DNA of 64,000 nucleotides from Vermamoeba vermiformis (taxonomy: Eukaryota): contig JBEWZL010000251.1 of the NCBI GenBank assembly GCA_045837725.1, forward strand, positions 1-64,000, given 5' to 3'. Below the pieces are notes generated by a model. That model ran no database searches. It was not told where the DNA came from and saw only the letters and a list, made by a program, of their open reading frames with translations. Within the stretch, counting starts at the first letter, position 1; each line of letters starts with the position of its first letter. The translations under genes and the position numbers were made by a program. Below are positions 21,030 through 35,333 of the stretch, piece after piece.

Positions 21030-24000
21030 TTATTGACGCTTGCTTTTATGCAAAACAGACATAAAAAACACAGTTGCTACTCTGAAGAACATGGCAATTG
21101 CCAAGATAAACAAGTGGCATTTGACTACCTGGTCCCATGAGAGGATGTACTCCAGCTTTTCCACACCAGCTTCTACTTTGTAAATGTCCTTCCACTGCCA
21201 AATCTCTAGCAAGTATAGCAACTCATTGGACCAACGCAAGAAGGACAAGTTGGGCATGAACTTCATTGGTTGAGCCATGGTTGAAAACTCTTTCAAACTT
21301 GGTCGCAGTCCAGAAAAGATCATGCAAATAAGGATAGCTACAACTGCTCCAACTTGTGCAATGTTTGGCCGCACTATTACGGACACAAAGTAGCCAATGG
21401 CAATAGCACAGTACCAAGTGAGCAAGTAGCCCCAGTACATCGAACCAAAACCAGCTCGCGGTGCAGTGAGCGTAAAGAAGACGCCACAGAACAGTAACGG
21501 AAGTCCGAATATAGTAGGGAGTTGCGCAAGATCTAGTACACGGGTCAGTAAGAGGAGAACAATTCATAACGGAATTACCTTTGCCAAGATAATAAGCCAA
21601 AGTAGAAGAGCCAGAGGCGTTTTCTCTCCAGAACGTAACTTTTTCAGGACCAAATACTCGCAAAGCACTAGCAATAAGATTTGTAAACCTTTCAAAGAAC
21701 TGTAACGCGCTAACTCTTACCTAGTGGCAGCGGTCAACGCCAGCACCAAACAGGACAGACCAGCAATTTGGGCTTGAAGATGTTAATAGCTGCTCAGTGA
21801 GTGCAAACAATGAACACTTACGATATGGATCATCGACAGGCAAAGTGCACGTATCTTTCAAGAACTCAATTTGAATGTCTTTGCAAGCTGTCTCGGGCAA
21901 AGGACCTTTGTACGTCTTGTCCATGAACACGACACCCAGCACTGAAGCTGAGAAGATTGTCAAGAAGATGTCTACGAGCACCGACTTGATGTCGCGCATT
22001 TGTTGGACAAGAGAACGCTTGAAGAACAGCCAAAATTGGAACCAAAAGCCGGATGATTCTCGACGACATTGCACAACATCGTAGCTATAACGGAGGAATG
22101 TTAGAATGTTTACGCTGATTTAAACTATCGTACCTGATCGAAGGCAACAGGGGGGCGGACTCATAATCTTGGTGATTAATTGATTGATCTTGCTCGATCA
22201 CAGAACTAATTTCACTGATCTCAGAACCAGCGGTGTACTCTGAAATGTCTTCTGAAACGACAAGATTGAGACCGTGTGCCCTGTCTTCAGCAACTGCAAC
22301 AAGAAGTTAGTAATGCCTACCTGTCATTTGTGCGACTAGCGTACCTTGCATCTCGCGTCTTTGTTGACCGCCGTTGAGTTTATCTTCCTCCCAGAATCGG
22401 AATAAGTCTTCGGGCTTGAATGACGGATCGCCTTCACGCTGCACGAGACCTGAAATGACGTCCATAAAGAAGTCGGCAGGGTTGGTATGTTGCGGGCATT
22501 TGAAGCCCAAGTTCTCGAAGTAGGGCAATGCTTCTTCGCTGGGACCCAAGTAGACTGTGCGACCTCCTTTGCCGAGCAACAGCACGTCGTGGAACATGCG
22601 GAATATCTCGTAGCGAGGTTGATGAATAACTGCAACGACAGTCAAACCTTTTTCAGCCACTTTACGGAGGGAGTCGCACACTTCTTGCGAGGTGCTGCTG
22701 TCCAAACCGCTCGTAGGCTCGTCCAAAAATAGCACCGTTGGATCAGAAACGAGTTCCATGCCAATGTTGACACGTTTTCTTTGTCCACCGGAAATACCGC
22801 GGTCTGTTTCGTCACCAATAATAGAGTGACGTTGTTCATCGAGTCCGAGCAAACTAATGACGCCGTTAACAATTGCGCGTCGTTCTTTGCTGCTCATCTT
22901 TTTGGGAAGTCTTAAATCGGCGCAGCACGTCAAAATTTCTAACATAGAGGTTCTATTAGCAAGCGTAATACCAAACAAATAGGATGCACGTACCTTTCAC
23001 AGTGAGAGTGCGGAGCATGATATCTTCTTGAGGAACAAATCCGAGCAATTTTCTGAAGTTTTGAATCTTGCTCTCTTGGCCATTGATCAAAATCTTGCCA
23101 GTCTGAGAACCGTAGTAAGCCTTGCCTGCCAATGTAGTCAAGAATGTCGTCTTGCCAGCGCCTGATGGGCCCATAACAGCAGTAACTCGTCCGTGCTTGA
23201 TTTCTCCCGTAACACCAGCGAGGACTTTGACTTTCTCCGAGCCCTTCGAAATCTCGAGACCCAGATCCTCGAATGCAAAGTCAATGAAGAAATCCTTTTT
23301 GCGAGACAAGAACGACTTCAGCGCTGATGACGCAAAAGTGAGCTTCGCACCGTAATAATCACTTTAAAACTTACAACGTCGAGCACGCTTTGACAGCTTG
23401 GGCTTGGGCACGTCAACGGGAGTAGAGATAATGGTGAAATCCATCTCCGAAATTTTCTCGGGTCGCGCCACAAAGGAAACGAGTTCATCCATGCGTAACC
23501 GCTCTCTGACACGGCGCATTCGATCTTGCATGTAGTGATACAACTTCCACGCACCAAGGCAGAACAAGAACACGGCACCACCGTAGACTAGGATGCCAAA
23601 GTTCATCTTCAAATTCTCTGTTCCTTCGGGACACACGCTAAATATCGGGCAAGCTGTGAAGCTGTTAGAACACGCTATTGAACTAACGGATGTCTTACGT
23701 CGCGGCAAAATGCTGCCAAGCTTGCAATAATGATTTTCGGGGCAAATAACTTTTTCATTAGGTGTTGGGCAGTAGTAACCAGCGGGACACGGATCTGCTT
23801 CAAAAGTTCCGTTGGGACAGTATTGGGCTGCAAGTTGATTAGTTATGTGCGATTGATACCACTACGATTAAGCTTACTTTGATAGCAAGAGGTCATGTTG
23901 GTTGGACCCTCGCAGTAAAATCCAGCAGGGCACGGCTGATCCCACCAACTGCCTTCAGGACAGTACGAGCAGCTAGTGTAATTCTTCGTGTCACACGAGC

Positions 24001-26777
24001 AAGCCTTCGGGAACATGACGTCAGGGTCAGCGCAGTAGGCACCCGCAGGACACTCGCGCGATTCACCACTGTATCGACCGAGATTGCAATACTCGCCAAG
24101 GGTGCAGTTCATGAATGTGTCTCGTCGCAAGTTGGGCTTCTCTTCAATGTAGTAGCCAGGAGGTGATGGGAATGGCGGCAAGTACGTAGTCACACAGACC
24201 ATGCCGTCAGGACACACTTTCGGAGCGTCAAGGCCAGGGTCAGAACACGAGATGTTGAGATTCGTGGAGATCGGACATTTGATAGGCTTGGTAGCATTCG
24301 TGCCCGGACAGTAATAACCGATAGGACATTCGTGTTGACCTGCGTCATCACAGAAGTAGCCCGGTTTACAAGGTTTCTGAAATTGGGATTAATGATATGC
24401 TCGCGTACACTTGTAGTCTAGGTACTTACGACTTGAAATGAGTTGTAGATGCGAGTTCCTGGTGGCGTTGACAATTGTTTGGCAGCGAAGAACGATGGAC
24501 AATAAACTCTAGCAGATATTGTGAGCTATTTTGTTCGCACAACTCGGTGAAATTAACTTACTGCGAGGGACACATGCCAACGTATTCCACGAAGTCGATC
24601 AGCGAGGGCAGTCTGTAATCAGTGGTGTTGCAACGGTGCTCTAGATCATCAAACTCATCAGGCGAGGCGTTTCTCCAATCATCGCGTTGTTTCTGAGTGC
24701 TGTTCTTCAACGTCGTACACGTGTCGTAGAATCTCTCCATGGACAGCAATTCCCAATACGCACGACGAATAGACACAAACAAGTGCAAACCATTGTACGA
24801 GAGACCTACATTTTTGATTGGCGCCAAAAACGTGTGATTGCTCATGAAGTCGAAGTAGTACTCGCCATATTTAGTAGTCGGCGTAAGTGCCCAGACGTGT
24901 ATCTTGTCCTCGTTCACGAAGAAAATCGCTGCGTGTACTGGCGTGGAGGATTGCAAACAGTAATATGACTTGTAATTGCTCGAATAAGCTCCAATAGATC
25001 GCACGATCATATTTTGTGGCTGTAATTTGGTTAGTACGATCACTCAACAAGGTTCATCGAACTTACGATACCCAGGGAGCTATTCAAAGCTGTTGACATG
25101 ATGAGGTTGGGGTAACATCCGTAACCGATTGCCCAATAATAATAAAAACTACTGCAAGTCGTTGCATTCGTGAGGGTGATCGGATTGAGAACCTGGCGTA
25201 GAGTGTAGTTTGCTTGGCCAAATCCGTAGAGTAACATGTTGGTCAACGCCGGGGTGTTGTTGTATGCAATGTGCTCGTGCACGATTAACCACAAGCACTT
25301 CAAATTGACCGTTAGTAACTTAAATAAAGCGGACAACTCGTTCATTACCTCCACAGTGAAAAGCTGTCGACCTCCAACGTTGTAGCGTGATGAACCTTCA
25401 GAGTACACAGCGGCGTGTTTGATAGTGTGATTGGATTTGTAGAAGAACGACGGGCCACTTTCCTCGAATGGGATATAAACATCTATCGGGGTTAATGACT
25501 GCCAATTGCTTTCACGCATATTCTATGCGAGCTTACCTTGCGTCGAATTGCTCATAAAGTCTAACACGTGGATAATCTTCTCGCTGCTGAGCATGATAAC
25601 TGTGCGTATAGGATAGACATAACGTCCTCCAATATAAACATAGTTGATCCACTTTTGCCGCGTCGTTGCTACAAAAAGCTTCTCAGGAGACGAGCCAACG
25701 CTATGGCATTACAGATTTAGACTGCTTTCAAGAATACGGCAATGACGCTTACCTCCAAGTCATGTAGTTGTAATTTGAGAAGGGCGCGATGCGTGAGAAT
25801 TTGAGCTGGTACTCGCCTGAGGTCTGATTTTGTAATGTAACGATCAACACCGATGCATTTGCGGCCTCAACGTCGACAAAGAACTGCGCATCTGTTATTG
25901 TTTGCCCCTCATAGTACAAAGTGTTGTTGTCCGTCAACATCCAGTGCGATCCGTAGAGTGTGACTTGGTAGATCAACAAGGTGGATAGTCCAGTCTTCGA
26001 GCCAACAACGAAATAAGCTGTGTTATTATGCACCACTGACTCAATGAGGTCCATAGTGGCCCAATCGACTCCTGGGTGGATCACTTCTAACTGGCACGAA
26101 TCACAAATTAGAAACAAAATAAAATTTTAGTCCACAAATTTAGGACTTACAGTCTCGTCGGAGGAATCAAACAAAATAATGTCCTTCTTGGTAGTTGTAT
26201 AAATAAGTATTTTGTGCGTGTCATTGACCAAATCAAATTCGAGAAAGCCAAAGCTGTCGACCAACTAAAAGTGATGGATGTCAATTCGCAAAACGTTACG
26301 AATAAGATTTCTAGGCAAAAAATAATAGAATTTTGGTAGCATAGTGTATAATATCGCATTATTTTAGCGGCAGGATCGGTTGTACTTACGCCGCAGTTTC
26401 TAAATAATCCTTCCGAATCCGGACAAATATAGTCGCGGTAATTAATTTTATAATCAAATACTCCATACGCAGGATAAGGGTACGAGGTTTGATAGCCACA
26501 CCTACAATAAAATTGAGTTGACTCTTCAGATCGAGATCGTTGAATCAATTTAACAGCGAAATTACATTTAACATCTATAACTCTGAATTTAGCATAATAA
26601 TTTGTTATTGGTATTAATTTTGACATCACCTGCGTTTAATCTGGATTCCGTTAAATTAAATACTTACCAAGAAGGCACGGGAAGCGGGGGTTGGGAACCC
26701 TCGATACACAGCGCTGGTTTTTGCGCCAAGCTAATGTTCAGCAGTGCGAGAACAATAATAACAAGCGCCTGCCTCAT
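21030..26777 (-). CDS. ABCG half-transporter with signal peptide and a large Cys-rich extracellular N-terminus
   Basis: Walker A GPSGAGKT, signature ISGGQRKR, Walker B LFLDEPTSGLD and a C-terminal ABC2-type membrane domain. N-terminus MRQALVIIVLALL and repeated CPAGxYC motifs. Many short introns. Confidence 0.92.
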
Positions 26778-26988
26778 CGGATCAAATCCACTTCTCCGTT
26801 GACTCGTCCAGTGAAGCGTTGCTTGCGTTGATTTTATATAAATACCCTAGTAGTGGTATTGTGCGTTCTACGTGGAACTCAACTAATGACAGGCATTAAC
26901 GCCAAATTTTGCGAACGAAGAAATATCTACCGAAATTTGCGAAACACGGAAGAACATCAGTTGCTGCTACGATTCATTTTCGACTTTA

Positions 26989-29900
26989 TTATTTTCCTCC
27001 TTTGCCAAAATAGTAATAGTCTGAAATAAAATTGTTCACATTTTGTGTAAACGTTGGCAAATCCATCTCTTTCGAAAATGAGACGAGCAGCCTTTGTTTC
27101 TGTTCTGGTGCTAGTGTCGCGTCGCTTTGCAAGACATTAGGCAACACCTATAAGCGGTTGTGTTAGCTTTGGAATGACAAGCACGGTGCATTACTGACCT
27201 CATTGAAAAATACAGCTGGATTTGGTTCCACCAACTGGTACAACAGACCAGTCAGGTGTTCACGGAGCAAATCGTGTGATTTTGACACTAAAATAGACAA
27301 TATTTGTGCTGAAATTGGTGCTGTCATTGATTCTCTGGTATCAGAAAGCAGATCAGTAAAATAATAAGTCGAAATGAGGAAGCGCAACTTACCTGAACTT
27401 AGGACTACTAAACAACTTCCTTTTTTGGTTCAACTCGTCGAGCATTTTGATAACTCGACGCACTTCTTCAATGTCTTGCAGCGTGAAGCTCGTAGCGAAT
27501 GCTTGCATGATGGCTGGCAATGCGCCGTCAATCTTGTTCCACTGATTTAGCACGATATCGTGCAACAGCTGAAAGTAATTGCTGCGAACCTCGACGGCAA
27601 TGCACGTTGGCTACATGAACGATTAGATTGGAAAACCCTCCCATCCGGTTGGTCACTTACTGCTAACACAATGGGGCCAATACGAGTAATAGCGAGGCCT
27701 AAAATATCATTTATCGGCGCTGAAGGCTTTTGAACTACTAGGGACAGAATTTGTTCAAATCTAAACAACGCCGTTAGCCGCTGCAGAATGGAAACAGGTA
27801 CGTACTTGCACGCGACAATAATTCCGTTGAGATCTTTGGATGCACAAATGGCTGGCAGTTGATTAAAGAGTGTTTGTGAGAACATCCTAAGTTAATTAGT
27901 AAGTTGTCGTATAATAATCTTACGAACTTACATAATAGTTTGCTGTACAAAGTTGGCGTCGATGATCGAGCCCATCGAATCGAATACATTTACAAATAAG
28001 TTCAAGACCAGCTCTAGAACTGGGTAGTTTGATAAATAGATAGAAAAAAGCGAGGCAGTTAAACTAGTAAGAAAAAAAGTCAGATATTCAGTGGCGCAAT
28101 AAAGGGCACGTACTGTAAAAATTCAACCGTAGACGATTGCAATATTGATTTAGACTCCGTTCCTATGTTGCTTGACTCGCCTTTGAACTCTGAAAATATC
28201 GCTGTAACAATCCTCAACGTGCGAGTTATTAAGGCGATAGCTGAAAACTGTTAGGACACGCATAAAGTACTAAATTAAGCCACTTACAGTTCGGATGATT
28301 GGCGCCCTGTTCTGCGAATCCAGGGGATTTACACAACTGAGTGAAGGGAGCCAGTACTTGATCTAAAAGAGCTTTGAACTGTTGTCCACGTAACGGCCAG
28401 TTCTTTGCAACAGTTAGCCATCGCTGTCAGACCATCAGTGTGAGGACTTACTTGGGCGTCTTTAGCGACATTCGGGAAGGGAAGCAAAATCACGAGCGAC
28501 AATGCAACATAGAGCTGCTCTTGTACCTCGATGCCCAGTGCGCTGGTGAGCTGATACGCGTTCTGTAGTAAGTGTTCTATCTTCGGGAATGACGCGATGT
28601 TGCCAGGACGAACAGTGCTGGCAATGGACTTAAATAAGATCGCTGCAGCCAACGAAATGTCAGAAGGGACCTATACGACACGTTAGCTCTATGAAATATT
28701 GATTCAAGTCCAACTTACAGCAGCATCCTGCACGGCAATGATGAAGTCCAATAATCCCGATACAATACTGTTCATCGTGGCCACTCCTCCTGGGAAGTTG
28801 CTTTCACGGAGCAAAGCGGATAAAGCAGCTAGCCAAGGTGTAAAGGCTCTGAATGTACCAAACATTTCGGCAACCCTGTGCGCACAAATTAGATCTAATC
28901 AATCCAACTTATTAATGTACTTACAGCCGAATGCCATTAACACCAAATCTGAATATCTGTTGCTGTTGTGTGTAAGCCAACGTCTCCATTAATAACTTCA
29001 CAATAGATTCGCCCGTTTGATATTTTGTCTGCTTTTTAGTTAGAAACGCCCGATGACCGGCGAAAAAACTTACGCGTATCGCGTCAGCGAAATGATTGCC
29101 GATGACACTCAAAGTCCGTAAGGCAGTCGCACCGTCCTTCAGAATTATCTTCGCTATTAAACAGTTAGTTCCGACTCGAACACCACAACGTAAATTGTAC
29201 CATCGGCGTCATTGACCTGGTGCACGGTCTTGATTTTTGAGATAAACTCGACAAGCATCGAGACCAACTGCGTAAGCACTTCATCGGGATAAAGATCCGC
29301 GATTTGTCCAATCAACTTGACGCAGTTTCCAATGTGCTCGTCAACTTCACTTTCAAAGCTGTCACTCTCTTCTTCGGCCAGCATGTTCAGCTGTGTGGCA
29401 TTGTGTCGGAATGTCGATTTCTTGAGCAGCTCTAAGCAGACCATAATAAATCCACCCGTGTATTTAGCCTTGGTTGAAACATTAGACTCCTCTTGTGCCT
29501 TCAAGTAATCGATGAACACGCTCCAAATATCGAGACAGTCCAAAAATCCTTCAAGGTTTGGTTGCATCAAGGTGTATTTGAACAATAACGCCAAAAAATC
29601 CTGCACGGCGAAGCTGGGATTGTTTTCGACTCGCTTCAAATGATTGCTCACGAATAGTGATGTGAACAAAGTGAATTTTTGTACGAAGCTACGATAAACA
29701 ACGATTAGCAACAGACATAGCAAATGCTACGATAACTTACTCGCTATTCAAATTTGCCAAATCGACGGCCGTGACTTTCTGCAGCAAGATGAATACTTGA
29801 GTAAATATCTGCAATAAAAATTGTTCGAATTGTTTTGGCACGTAGTTCTTGCTCATAACCTCGTTGACACAATCAAATGCCAACAAGCTCGTTGCATCGT

Positions 29901-31045
29901 TCAGCTGAATGTACTTGAAAATTGTCTCCAGTTGTGCTGGCTGAAGAATCTCGTTCAACGGGATCCACGAGAAAAGATGTAACAGAGTTTCTATCGAATA
30001 TTAGAACGCCGAATACCACTTGTTTTGACTTACCGAAGCAATCTCGCACAAGATACAAAGCAGCTTGATTTTTGTCGAAATTACTTCGCCCATCAGATCC
30101 GCTCACCGCGACATTCTGTGTGTATAATGCATCCAATACCTCGACAATACGCGCTATTAAGGCCATTAGGGATTAAATATTAACATCTTGCAAAACGCTG
30201 TCACTTACATAACAAATAGGGCACTTGTTGAGCTAGGGCAGCTTTGATTTCATTCTTCCTCTGCGATGGAATGTCACGTGCGACGGTAAATTCTTCAGAA
30301 GTTAATTTGATCAGCATAACACCCAAGTGAACTGAAGCTGGATTCTGTGGGATGAAATTTCAGTCGGTAGGAAATTAGGACACGAAAAAATCTTCGTACG
30401 TACGCTTAAAAACTGGCCTATATCATTAAAATAATTCGAATATTGTGCAGGGAAATCATTCTTAGCAATATTCACGAGGACTGCACATATCTTGGTCAAA
30501 ACAAAGGGTTGCGCATTCTAGACAGTCGTGAGCATTTTTAATAAGCAAATTATTATTATAAATATGTTACCTTGGATGCAATGTTTGATAAATAATCTAG
30601 AATAAATTTTCTAACGGTGAGGTGGTCGTTAGATCTGACCAACAAGTTCCAATTGGATCTCAAAGTTTCCTCGAGCACAGAGCAAGCAAAAAATAGTGTA
30701 TATGGGTTATTTGATTGGTTTAGCATCATTAGAGCCTGTTTCCACGCCTCAGGAGAGTTTTTCAGTCCGTCCAACATGCCCTCTTTAAAAAAAAGTAAAT
30801 TAAAAATAATGTAAATAAATACGGCTCGTTAAATTACTAGAAATAGTTATATAATAAATAAATAAAACAATATAACTACTCAAAAATAATTTATTGAATT
30901 TTGTTGGGCAGAATTAAATATTCAATTTGGATGAGCACTAATAATGACCGAACTTACCTATTTGCTTCTTGCGCTGGTTATTCGTTGTAACAAAAAACTC
31001 AGTAAGAAGAGCTTCCAGCTCAGCAAAGCCCGCGACTTGCGACAT
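26989..31045 (-). CDS. XPO6: Exportin-6-like importin-beta family protein
   Basis: IBN_N-like start (LEALLTEFF..RKKQIE..WKQAL..FFACSVLE), FVSNHLKRVE, FLALLFKYTLMQPNLEGFLDCLDIWSVFIDYL, KSHDLLREH; ends FTQNVNNFISDYYYF. Confidence 0.85.
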
Positions 31046-31301
31046 CTACCTTATTAACAGATCTGCACCAAAGATGAATTGTAGTGCCGTTGATGATAAG
31101 TCAATAAATAATGTGGTTGAACGTCAACAGGATTTAAAATACATTCCTGCAGAAAAGTTTAAACTTTTTTTTTGTTGTGATCGGCGCCAACAAAAAATGC
31201 TCGGTAGAAATCTCCATTTGCAATTCACTTCCAACAGTATAAATACCATGCATCATTTCATTAATGACTCGCGTCAGTCCAAAAATTTAACTCGTCGATT
31301 T

Positions 31302-32858
31302 TTATTTATTCAACTTTCGTCGCTTATTATTATTCTTGTTGTTCTTGCCTTCGTTGCCAACGCTTTTCAAAACATCGTCAAAAGATCTTTTCTTTGGGTT
31401 ATTCAACGCAGCTTCATTCTCCACTGATTTATCGACACGTGTCATGTCGCTCCACTTTTCAAGCTCGTGCAACTCGTTGGGCAATGTTCCCATAACCTTG
31501 CGCTGTTGCTTTAGGTTCTTTCTTTCCGCCTTAGTCAATTGCAGACGCATCATGTGATCTTCTTCGAATTTTTCTCGCTCTTGTAAAGCGTTCAAAAAGT
31601 TCTTTTTCGAGGCAGTTGCTACGCAATTTTAAAAGTTAGTTATTAGCCCTATTAAACGTCAATGCCGGTTACGTACTAGCAGCAACACCAGTGGTTGTTT
31701 CGGTCTCGGGTTCCTGACCAAATGTCTCGCGAATGTACGCGGCCATAGCGCTCTTTTTGATCTTCGAATCATTCTTCTCAAGTGCTCGCTGACGTTGTCT
31801 CTTTTCTAATCGTAAATTAGACACTGGTCCAATGCTCAACTAAGTCATATAATTGTTACGTACCTCGCTCATCCTCGTATCTCATCGCGGCAATCTTGGG
31901 TGCAACGTACTTCTTGTCTTTTTCTACCACAATTATTAATTTACTGAACACAGCATAATAATGACAGCAATGCTTACCATCTCCATTTTCATCGCCTTCT
32001 TCCTCGTCTTCAGCCAAATCGTCGATTTGTGGTCTGTATTTGAGTTTGGCATCCACTTTCAAAATTGTCAGAACTTGTCGGAAATGGTAAACACAACGTA
32101 CCTGCAACGTTAACGTCGCCAAGAGTGGCCATTTTAAGCAATTTGTTGATTTGATAGCTAAGTTTCTGGTCCAAAGGTCGCATTTTTTCTATTAACGTGC
32201 GAATGTTTACTAAATTGTCAATAACCTCGTGGCCTTCGAATTGTCTTCCATTAAGCTACGCAATTATTAGTATATTTTCTACAAGACCAGTTTCTCGTGG
32301 AAATTACCTTCAGCAGGGCGTAGTAACTGAGATGTGTGCAATATTGTAGTAATAAGTGATATTTAACTTCTAAATAACTCAATCCCTTTTCTGTTGGTGT
32401 TTCTCCGTTTTTTACTCTATTAAATTTGTAAGAACGACGCTGGGCTGGAGTTTACTGATCAGACTAGATCGCGATCTCGTAAACGAAATTAATAAAATGG
32501 ATGGAACATACTTTTGTATTAAATGCTGTACACGATCTCTAATTTCAGTGACGCTCTCGTTGATTTCTTTCAATAATTCAATAAATCTGGGCGAATCTTT
32601 CTCGATTAATTTCTCAACTGAGATTTGTTCTTTCTGAGGTGTACTTTGTTTCTAATAAATAATTTAATTAGTATTATAATTAATAAACATCAAAACGGAT
32701 TTCGGATCCAAGATTCGAATCTCGAATCAGCTTACTTTCTTGTGGCTGGGGCTGAATAATTGTGCATCTAAATATTAAAATTATTAGTGTCTGGTAATGA
32801 TAATTCTCTATTGAACGACCAGTTCACGATCAGAGTGATCGTCAATCATCCGTACCAT
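31302..32858 (-). CDS. NGDN: Neuroguidin/Lcp5 (Sas10/Utp3/C1D family); 5' end approximate
   Basis: GIELFEVKYHLLLQY, RTLIEKMRPLDQKLSYQINKLL, LKYRP, KYVAPKI, FEEDHMMRL. Confidence 0.85.
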
Positions 32859-33220
32859 TATCCTCGTGAATAAGCGCTGCCATTGTTGCCTGTAAGTTGT
32901 GTGCTTCGCTATGTACAATCCTTAATAACGCAGTAACAATAGTAATTTGTTCGGGAAGCAATACGATTTGCTAATTTTCCTCCCTTTATGCAACATGGGC
33001 TGAATCATTCGTTTATCATTAAGGACCAACGCCAATCAATAAGTAAAGCTTGCCTTTCACCTTCCGCCTCCGCTATTTCCCCGGGTTAAATGAAGCATCT
33101 GGGAAAATTGGTGTTTATTCGCCTTTTCGGGGCTAATTTTTTTGTTGTTTATTTCCACAACACGCCACAACAGCGCTTTTACTATTTATTATAACTATTT
33201 AATAATACATAGCAGTTATA

Positions 33221-35159
33221 ATGGATGCTTCAGGCGAATCAGGCTCGTTTTTATCTAAACTCGGCAACACTGCGCTCCAAGTGTTGAAGGATCGTATGCA
33301 AAAGGATCCCGTAGTAGTATCAGCGGCTGTTGGTGCTCTCGTTTTGGCCTCGATCTACAACGATTACATCCCCTTGCCAAGATTTTTAGAGAAGAAGAAG
33401 GGCATCTTGGGCTACTTGTTCAACCCTAAGGACCTTTTCGCTATGTTCGTGTTCAAATTCACGCAAAAGATGCCTCAAGTGCCTCAAGGATTGAATGAAA
33501 ACGATAATTGGTGCTATAAAAAATTGATCCAGACTAGCCGCAGCTTTTCAGCTCCTATTCTGGCTTTAGATGCTGAACTTCAAGGTCCCGTAAGTATTAT
33601 AATTATTGTAAAAATTATAGAACGGGTTGTTGGTTAATTAATAACCAGATCCGAAATTATGATCGAGTTCCCAACCGCCATTTTTTCCTTATTTGACTAA
33701 TTATTAATTTGAGCATTGTATTAATAGGTATGCGTGTTCTACATCGTTCTTAGAGGCCTTGATTCTATTGGTAAGTAATGGGATCCTTTATGCAACAATA
33801 CCCGTGACCACTAAAGTGTTTCTATACCTCTGTTTCTACGCTACAATAATTTAATATTAATTAATAGAGGACGACATGGTTCCTCCTGTCGCCGATAAGG
33901 TCAAGCACTTGCAAGAGTTTTATCAACGTTTGGAACAACCCGGTTGGAATTTGAAGGGCTGTAAGTACCACTTTATTAATTTACTGTTTGCTTGGATATT
34001 GAATATTGAATAATTCATATCGCTCGATCGGATCCGAAAAATAATTATTTTCATTTATTTCAGACGGTGAGAAGCCTCACGAAATTGATTTGTTGGAGAA
34101 CTTCGACAAGGTTATTGATATGTACTCTCGCTTGAAGCCTGCGTAAGTAATTTAGTCTCCAAATTGAAATTACTATTGGTCGATACACGCGAACTTGGGT
34201 GCTAATATCTTTGCTTAGTTACCGCAAGGTTATCAGCGACATTACTAAAGAGATGGGCTTTGGCATGGCCAAGTACTTGGAAGCTCAAGTCGTCACATTG
34301 GAGGACTGGAACGAGTACTGCCATTACGTCGCTGGTGTTGTCGGCGAGGGTTTGAGCAGATTGTTTGCTGAGAGTGGCTTGGAAGGTACGTCATAGAATA
34401 TTATAATATCATCATATATATCGTACATGCACTTTTTGAAAGAGTAGCAATGATAGGACAGTAATTAAATCTAATTCGTGGATCAGATGCGAAGTACGCC
34501 ACTTTGATGCAATTGTCGAATGATATGGGTCTCTTCTTGCAAAAGACCAACATTATTCGCGACTACTTGGAGGACGTGTCTCAAAAGCCTCCTCGCGTGT
34601 TCTACCCCAAAGACGTGTGGAGCAAGTACGCCGAGAAGATTGAAGACTTCACCAAGCCACAAAACATCAAAAACGCCGTCACGTGCCTCAATGAACTGAT
34701 TACCAACGCCATGACTCACGCTATTCCTGCCTTGGACTACATGAAGGGCCTGCGTGACCCTCACGTGTTCAGATTCTGCGCCATTCCTCAAGTGATGGCT
34801 ATTGCTACTTTGGAGGTCTGCTACAACAACCCCAACGTGTTCAAATGGGAAGTTAAGATCCGCAAGGGCGAGGCCGTCAGAGTAAGTCACATTTTGATTC
34901 ACAACCTGACCTTGTAACTTACTCACGTGTGCTGCAGATGATTCTCAACACGAACAACTACAAAGAAGTTTGCAGTGTGTTTTACAGCCGCGCTAAGCGA
35001 TGGGAGTCCAACATTCCCAAGAACGAACCTCACGCTAAAGAGTACGTGTTGCAAGCAATTGAACGTTGTGTAGATCAGATAACTAACGATTTCTTTAACA
35101 GGCTTCGTGCACTTCTAAAGCAAGTCCAAGAGAGATGTTTGCAAGACATGAACGCTTAA
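33221..35159 (+). CDS. FDFT1: Squalene synthase
   Basis: TSRSF, LRGLDSIEDD, YCHYVAGVVGEGL, MGLFLQKTNIIRDYLED, FCAIPQVMAIATL, VKIRKGE. Confidence 0.95.
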
Positions 35160-35333
35160 AAGTGTTGCAAGTTGTAATAAAATTTTGTCCTAATTCGAAA
35201 TACGGCTTTGTTATGCTGGGCATTAGCACGATAGCGATGGACCTGTGAAGCTGAGCTGAAGTGCACAGTTCGCTTTGGGTGATTATTACAACGACATGTA
35301 TTCGACGATACTCCGTTTTTATCAGGTACATTA

